Source of the DNA: an uncultured Clostridium sp.
Lineage (GTDB): Bacteria > Bacillota > Clostridia > Clostridiales > Clostridiaceae
Direction of reading: 5' to 3'
DNA length: 44,521 nucleotides
NCBI GenBank assembly: GCA_964474485.1
Contig: CAYYWN010000001.1
Coordinates: forward strand, 1-44,521
Part shown: positions 39,686 through 44,521 of the stretch, in pieces
Numbering within the stretch: the first letter of the stretch is position 1
How the letters are laid out: each line of letters starts with the position of its first letter
Notes under the pieces: generated by a model
Seen by the model: the letters and a program-made list of their open reading frames with translations, nothing else
What the model was told of the DNA's origin: nothing
Database searches by the model: none
Translations under genes and position numbers: made by a program

Positions 39686-40359
39686 TCCAAGTCACCTCCT
39701 TTTAATTGATAACCAATTCCTCTTACTGTCTTGATTCGATTAGACAATCCAACCTCATCAAGTGTCTTACGTAATCTTGTCATATTTACTTGTAATATGT
39801 TCTCATCAACATAGTCGCTACTTCCCCACAGCAGGCTAAAAAGCTCCTCTTTTTTTACTACAAAAGGAGCAGCTTTCACCAAGGCTTTAATAATAATTCC
39901 TTCATTGTCTGATAATGAAATAGAGTCCTTACCAACATACAATACATTTGCATTCTTATCTAACTGAAAATCACCAGCATCCAACAAAACACGCATATTT
40001 GCATAGATATGAATCAACTTTTGAATTCTACCAATTAGACGTTTAGGATGACACGGTTTTGTTAAATAATCATCTGCACCTAAATCTAATGCATGTAACT
40101 CATCACGAAGTTGATTACGTGAAGTCAACACCAAAATAGGGCCAATTCCTCTAGCCTTAAGCATCCGACAAATATCGAATCCAGAAAGCCTTGGCAGATT
40201 CAAATCTAATACAATTAGCGAAGGAGAAGCCAAGGCAATATCTTCTAAAGCGGTATCGAAAGAAGAGATACACTCTACAGAGTATCCTTCTTTCTCTAAT
40301 ATATTTTGTAACTCGTCACGTAGAAAGATATCGTCCTCAACAATGACTATTTTTTCCAC
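39682..40359 (-). CDS. OmpR-family response regulator (BceR/GraR-like)
   Basis: VEDD, LDLNLP, GADDYLTKP and TVRGIGY. Confidence 0.93.
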   Translation of the reverse strand: MEKIVIVEDDIFLRDELQNILEKEGYSVECISSFDTALEDIALASPSLIVLDLNLPRLSGFDICRMLKARGIGPILVLTSRNQLRDELHALDLGADDYLTKPCHPKRLIGRIQKLIHIYANMRVLLDAGDFQLDKNANVLYVGKDSISLSDNEGIIIKALVKAAPFVVKKEELFSLLWGSSDYVDENILQVNMTRLRKTLDEVGLSNRIKTVRGIGYQLKGGDLE

Positions 40360-40370
40360 ACTTTCACCTC

Positions 40371-42428
40371 CTATGAAACCTCTTTTAATTTATTGATTTC
40401 TTCATCACTCTTTCTCTGAATCATCCATATATAGCAAAGCTCAAATAGGATAAAGATAATAAGTGCAATTCCTACCAGCAAAATAATAGTGCTACTGTTT
40501 GACGTCTTTGGAATAACCCTGAAAGCTTCTAACATAGACCAAATACCAAAAATTGAACTAATCAGTGCTACAGCAATCACCAAACTAAAATACCACCATA
40601 TTTGTATCCTTGCTGATGAACACAGGGATTTAACACTTGCCCCTAACATAGATAATGTAGAATACCTATGTCTTGTGCTTCTTTGCTGCATAAGAAACTT
40701 CAATCCTAACACCGTATTTGCGATGATAAGGAACATCACACCTAAATAAAGTGTGGTATAACTTCCTGCCACTATATAAAACAACTGCCTTCCCATGCTT
40801 GCAAGATAGCTTTCATATTTTAAACCAGATGTATTAAGTAACTCGTCTACTTGATACATGGCTTGCATCAAACCTTTTTCCCGAACAAAATCAGGATCTA
40901 GAACCATATTCCAGCGGAATGGTCCTTCAGAATTTTTAGTCAACGCATTGTACATATTATCGGGAAGAATCAAGGCATAGGAAAGAGTAATGGATCGATC
41001 TGCAACAATATTGCTTGTATATAGTGTCGATGCCAATTGGTATTGCTTTTCATCTATATTAATTGTTGGATTAGTTTCCAATGCATTACTTAATATACCA
41101 TGAGAGAATGAAAACTCAGTACTAGAATACATTGCAACTTCATTATCTTCTAATACAATGAGAGCTTTATCGATGGATTTAAGCAGTTTATTATAACTTG
41201 TAAGGGAAATTAAATAGGGACTCTCTTGATGTGATAAATACCTTAATAGCCTTTCTTTTTCTTCTGAATTTTTTTGTCTAGAAACCGATTCTTCTAATCC
41301 TGCCCAAGAAAAAGTGTGTGCCACAGTATTTTCAGGCATATCTCTATAATGTGTCCTTAAATGGCCAAGTTTCATAGGATAATAGTCCTTTACATAAGGA
41401 TCCAACTTGTCAGATTTTAGTACAGAAACAATTTCTTTTTCTGATCCTTCAAAAGTGAAATCTACAGTTCTTGCTGATGCTTCACCTCGATTTAAAGTTG
41501 TAGAAATACCAAAAGCAAAACAGACCATGGCCAAAAGAATTAATAGTGAAGATATAGCAAGAGAACTAGATTGATGTAAAACATTCTCCTGAAGTTGCCT
41601 TCCTGTAAATATAAATAGACCGGTGGATGAACTACTTTTACGTCTTATCCATCCTCCAATCAAGCTTCCCAATCCACGAAATAGCATAAAAGTTCCACTG
41701 ATGCCAACTAACAATATTAATGCAAATATGAGAAAATCAAGAGTACGCAAATATAAAATTGCCAATACATAAGCTGTACATAGCAAAACTGCTCCAAGTA
41801 GCAAACTAACCCAGCCCCATATAGGCGAAAGAATTCTTTGCAATTCTTCTTTCTGTTCATTCAGCAAATCCACCGGTTCCTTCTTGCTCATTCTCAAGCT
41901 AAGAATAAACACAGCTAATAGTTGCACCATAATAAAACCAAGTACCGTTAATCCTAGACCCGTCCAAGAGATACGAAACTGATGACCAATGATGCCCATT
42001 CCAATAAGTCTAGAAGTTGTGAGGCTAATTAGTTCTGTCAAAAATAAGGAAATTGGAATTCCAATGATCAAAGCAATTAAACCATTCCATAATGTTTCCC
42101 CCATGATCATTGCGAACAACCTGCGACCTTTCATCCCCATCATTAAATAGATTCCAAATTCATGACTACGACGTTGTAATTGGTATCTGTTAGCAAAATA
42201 AACCAGGAAAAATACGAAGAACAGTGAGACCGCATAGAGCACCGGAATCATTAACAAAAGCTTAGCTACCGCATCACTCTCAACAGTCTTTAGATACACC
42301 ATAACATCCTGCTCGCCAAGGGAAAGGATGACATAAAAAGCAACAATAGAAATAACCAGTGAGGCAAAATAAACCCCATTTTCTTTTCGAGTTTTACGAC
42401 TATTTCGTTTGATGAAATCAAAGAACAT
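40371..42428 (-). CDS. BceB-like ABC permease (FtsX-type, large extracellular domain)
   Basis: 685 aa; RRSHEFGIYLMMGM; about 10 TM segments with a large loop before the last three. Confidence 0.88.
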   Translation of the reverse strand: MFFDFIKRNSRKTRKENGVYFASLVISIVAFYVILSLGEQDVMVYLKTVESDAVAKLLLMIPVLYAVSLFFVFFLVYFANRYQLQRRSHEFGIYLMMGMKGRRLFAMIMGETLWNGLIALIIGIPISLFLTELISLTTSRLIGMGIIGHQFRISWTGLGLTVLGFIMVQLLAVFILSLRMSKKEPVDLLNEQKEELQRILSPIWGWVSLLLGAVLLCTAYVLAILYLRTLDFLIFALILLVGISGTFMLFRGLGSLIGGWIRRKSSSSTGLFIFTGRQLQENVLHQSSSLAISSLLILLAMVCFAFGISTTLNRGEASARTVDFTFEGSEKEIVSVLKSDKLDPYVKDYYPMKLGHLRTHYRDMPENTVAHTFSWAGLEESVSRQKNSEEKERLLRYLSHQESPYLISLTSYNKLLKSIDKALIVLEDNEVAMYSSTEFSFSHGILSNALETNPTINIDEKQYQLASTLYTSNIVADRSITLSYALILPDNMYNALTKNSEGPFRWNMVLDPDFVREKGLMQAMYQVDELLNTSGLKYESYLASMGRQLFYIVAGSYTTLYLGVMFLIIANTVLGLKFLMQQRSTRHRYSTLSMLGASVKSLCSSARIQIWWYFSLVIAVALISSIFGIWSMLEAFRVIPKTSNSSTIILLVGIALIIFILFELCYIWMIQRKSDEEINKLKEVS

Positions 42429-43200
42429 TAGAACTACCTCCTCCCAACTGTGCCATAACAGTTAAGATACGTTCATAAAAGGAATTCTTAGTTTCTCCTG
42501 GTACTTTCTTTCGAATCTCATGAAAAATCACACCATCTTGGATAAATAAGATTCTTGAGCAAAAGCTCGCTGCATTAGCATCATGAGTAACCATTAAAAT
42601 CGTGGTGCCATCTGTCTTATTGGTAGAAGATAGTTTTTCCATCAAGATTTTTGCATTTTTCGAATCCAGGGCACCAGTTGGCTCATCTGCTAATACAATG
42701 CTTGGATTGGAAATTAATGATCTTGCTGCTGCAACTCTCTGCTTCTGACCTCCTGACATTTGAGATGGAAATTTATTTAATACCTCCTCAATATCAAATT
42801 GCTTAGTTAATTTTTGAAGTTGTTCCTCTTCCTTTTTGGGATTCTCTCCATGTATCGACAACGGCAAAACGATATTTTCTCTCCCAGTTAAGTTATCTAA
42901 TAACTCAAATTCTTGAAATAAATATCCAATTTTACTTCCTCGATACTTTGAAAGCTTTGATCCTCTAAATGAAGAAATATTCTCTCCCTCTAATAATACT
43001 TGTCCAGATGTTGGTTTAATCATGGTTGCAATACAATTAAGTAATGTGGTCTTACCTGACCCACTTGCACCCATGATTCCAAGAAACTCTCCTTGAAAAA
43101 CATCAAAAGTAATCCCCTTTAATGCTACGGTTTCACTTTGACCCTTACCGTATGTCTTATGTACTTCCTCAACTTGAAGCAACTTATCTGAAATTTTCAT
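42418..43200 (-). CDS. BceA-like ABC ATPase
   Basis: GASGSGKT, MSGGQKQR, ADEPTGALD and MVTHD. Confidence 0.93.
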   Translation of the reverse strand: MKISDKLLQVEEVHKTYGKGQSETVALKGITFDVFQGEFLGIMGASGSGKTTLLNCIATMIKPTSGQVLLEGENISSFRGSKLSKYRGSKIGYLFQEFELLDNLTGRENIVLPLSIHGENPKKEEEQLQKLTKQFDIEEVLNKFPSQMSGGQKQRVAAARSLISNPSIVLADEPTGALDSKNAKILMEKLSSTNKTDGTTILMVTHDANAASFCSRILFIQDGVIFHEIRKKVPGETKNSFYERILTVMAQLGGGSSNVL

Positions 43201-43261
43201 ATAATATCCTCCCTATACCTTTTTCTATTAATACTATATAATAAAATTTTACCTATTAACA

Positions 43262-43287
43262 CTTACAGTTGTTGTAAGCTTTGTAAT
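43262..43287. promoter_or_regulatory. Candidate BceR-type response-regulator site
   Basis: CTTACA-N5-TGTAAG inverted repeat plus an extra TGTAA half-site upstream of the ATPase. Confidence 0.55.
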
Positions 43288-43413
43288 GAGAGGATTATCT
43301 GTTTTATTAAGTTAATTATCAGACATCATTGCCTTTTTTAATTTCCAACGTAATCCAATTAACTACTATTGGCTCAACTTTATGCGATAATAGCCCAATC
43401 TGTATTTCTTCAA

Positions 43414-44521
43414 TCATAAAGATATAACTTCATCTAGATTCTTTTTTATCTCCTCTGTTAATTGATGGGTTATCATAATTACTGTAAGTTTTGGATCTTC
43501 CAGGACCTTATTTTCAATAGCATTTCGAGTTTCAAAATCAAGGCCAGATGTCCCCTCATCTATAAACAAAAGCTTTTTATTTCGAATAAGTGCTCTTGCA
43601 ATAGCAATACGTTGCTTTTGTCCTCCAGAAAGGTTTTTACCATTCTCAGTAATTTGATAATCAATTCCACCTGATTGTTCTAATGTAAAATCTAAAAGAA
43701 CACTCTTTACAAGTACATCATTTAAAACTTCGTCACTAAATTCCTCACCTAATGTAATATTATAACGGATACTTTCGTTTAGGATATAAGTATTCTGATC
43801 AATGAATCCAACAAGATTTCGAAGACTCTTTTGCTCTATATTACCAAGTTCTAACTCATCATAATAGATTAATCCACCGTATCCTTTTAATATCCCTGCT
43901 AATATTTTAATTAATGTTGTCTTTCCTACTCCACTTTTTCCAACAATAGCATATTTTTTTCCCGAATAAAAAGTTAAATTATATACTGGAAGTGCAGAAT
44001 CTATAAGCATCTTTTGACTTACCGCCATCTGTGCGTTTCCAAAAAAAAGTGAAGCAAGACTCATAAGCCCCACCACAGAACCTGGAGTTATTATTCCCTT
44101 AACAACCAATACCCCTGTGGCAATAATATAAATCATCTGAGACAATATGGCTACTGTGTTAATAATTGCATTAGAGGAGTAAATAACTTTATTGTATTTA
44201 TATCGACTATCCTCTAAGTTTGTGGTAGACTTAGCAATTTGTATATTCATTTTATCTATACAGTTTTCTGATAAAAACACTCCAAATCCTAACATGATAT
44301 TCTTAATTTTACTAGTAAAGATACCACTCGCATGGCTATAATCCTCTGCTACATTTTGCATACGAGGTGCTAGGTATTTAGGAGTAATCATGGTTACTAG
44401 TAAGCTCACTGGAAAAATAATAATAAATGACCAATGAATCATTGTGGCTCCAATAAGCGATGCTATCACTGAAATTATCTGATTAAGCATCATATAAAAA
44501 GGTTTTACTCCATTATTCAAT
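43414..44521 (-). CDS. ABC exporter (TMD plus ATPase), 5' end outside the window; probable internal deletion
   Basis: TM region then GKSGVGKT, LSGGQKQR and DEGTSGLD; very short TMD-to-Walker A linker. Confidence 0.75.
   Translation of the reverse strand, partial: LNNGVKPFYMMLNQIISVIASLIGATMIHWSFIIIFPVSLLVTMITPKYLAPRMQNVAEDYSHASGIFTSKIKNIMLGFGVFLSENCIDKMNIQIAKSTTNLEDSRYKYNKVIYSSNAIINTVAILSQMIYIIATGVLVVKGIITPGSVVGLMSLASLFFGNAQMAVSQKMLIDSALPVYNLTFYSGKKYAIVGKSGVGKTTLIKILAGILKGYGGLIYYDELELGNIEQKSLRNLVGFIDQNTYILNESIRYNITLGEEFSDEVLNDVLVKSVLLDFTLEQSGGIDYQITENGKNLSGGQKQRIAIARALIRNKKLLFIDEGTSGLDFETRNAIENKVLEDPKLTVIMITHQLTEEIKKNLDEVISL

Noticed and set aside
1-44521. CRISPR arrays, tRNA/rRNA, prophage, intact transposases, defence systems
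   Set aside because: No regularly spaced repeats or diagnostic motifs found by eye.

Overview
AT-rich chromosomal window from a Clostridium-like Firmicute. In order it holds: a small STAS-like gene and a FabH-like enzyme with a non-canonical catalytic triad; two tandem M9 collagenase genes duplicated with promoter and 3' hairpin and sharing a 648-bp identical tract; a divergent DMT exporter/MocR regulator pair; a TetR-controlled four-gene operon (CrtI/RetSat-like flavoenzyme, FAD/NAD/2Fe-2S reductase, two paralogous DUF5692-like membrane proteins), which is my best candidate for an undescribed system; GNAT, peptidase E and TPP-riboswitch-controlled thiC; a YeeE/CoADR-rhodanese/APC permease operon with a Rex-like site; a trpE-D-C-F-B-A-aroF operon lacking trpG under a Trp T-box with two antiterminator/terminator modules; an Ntn hydrolase preceded by a clostridial intergenic repeat; and a BceABRS-like resistance module. 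Many intergenic spaces contain gene relics, several with internal deletions. I found no rRNA, tRNA, CRISPR array or intact transposase. Family assignments come from motif recognition by eye, not database searches.
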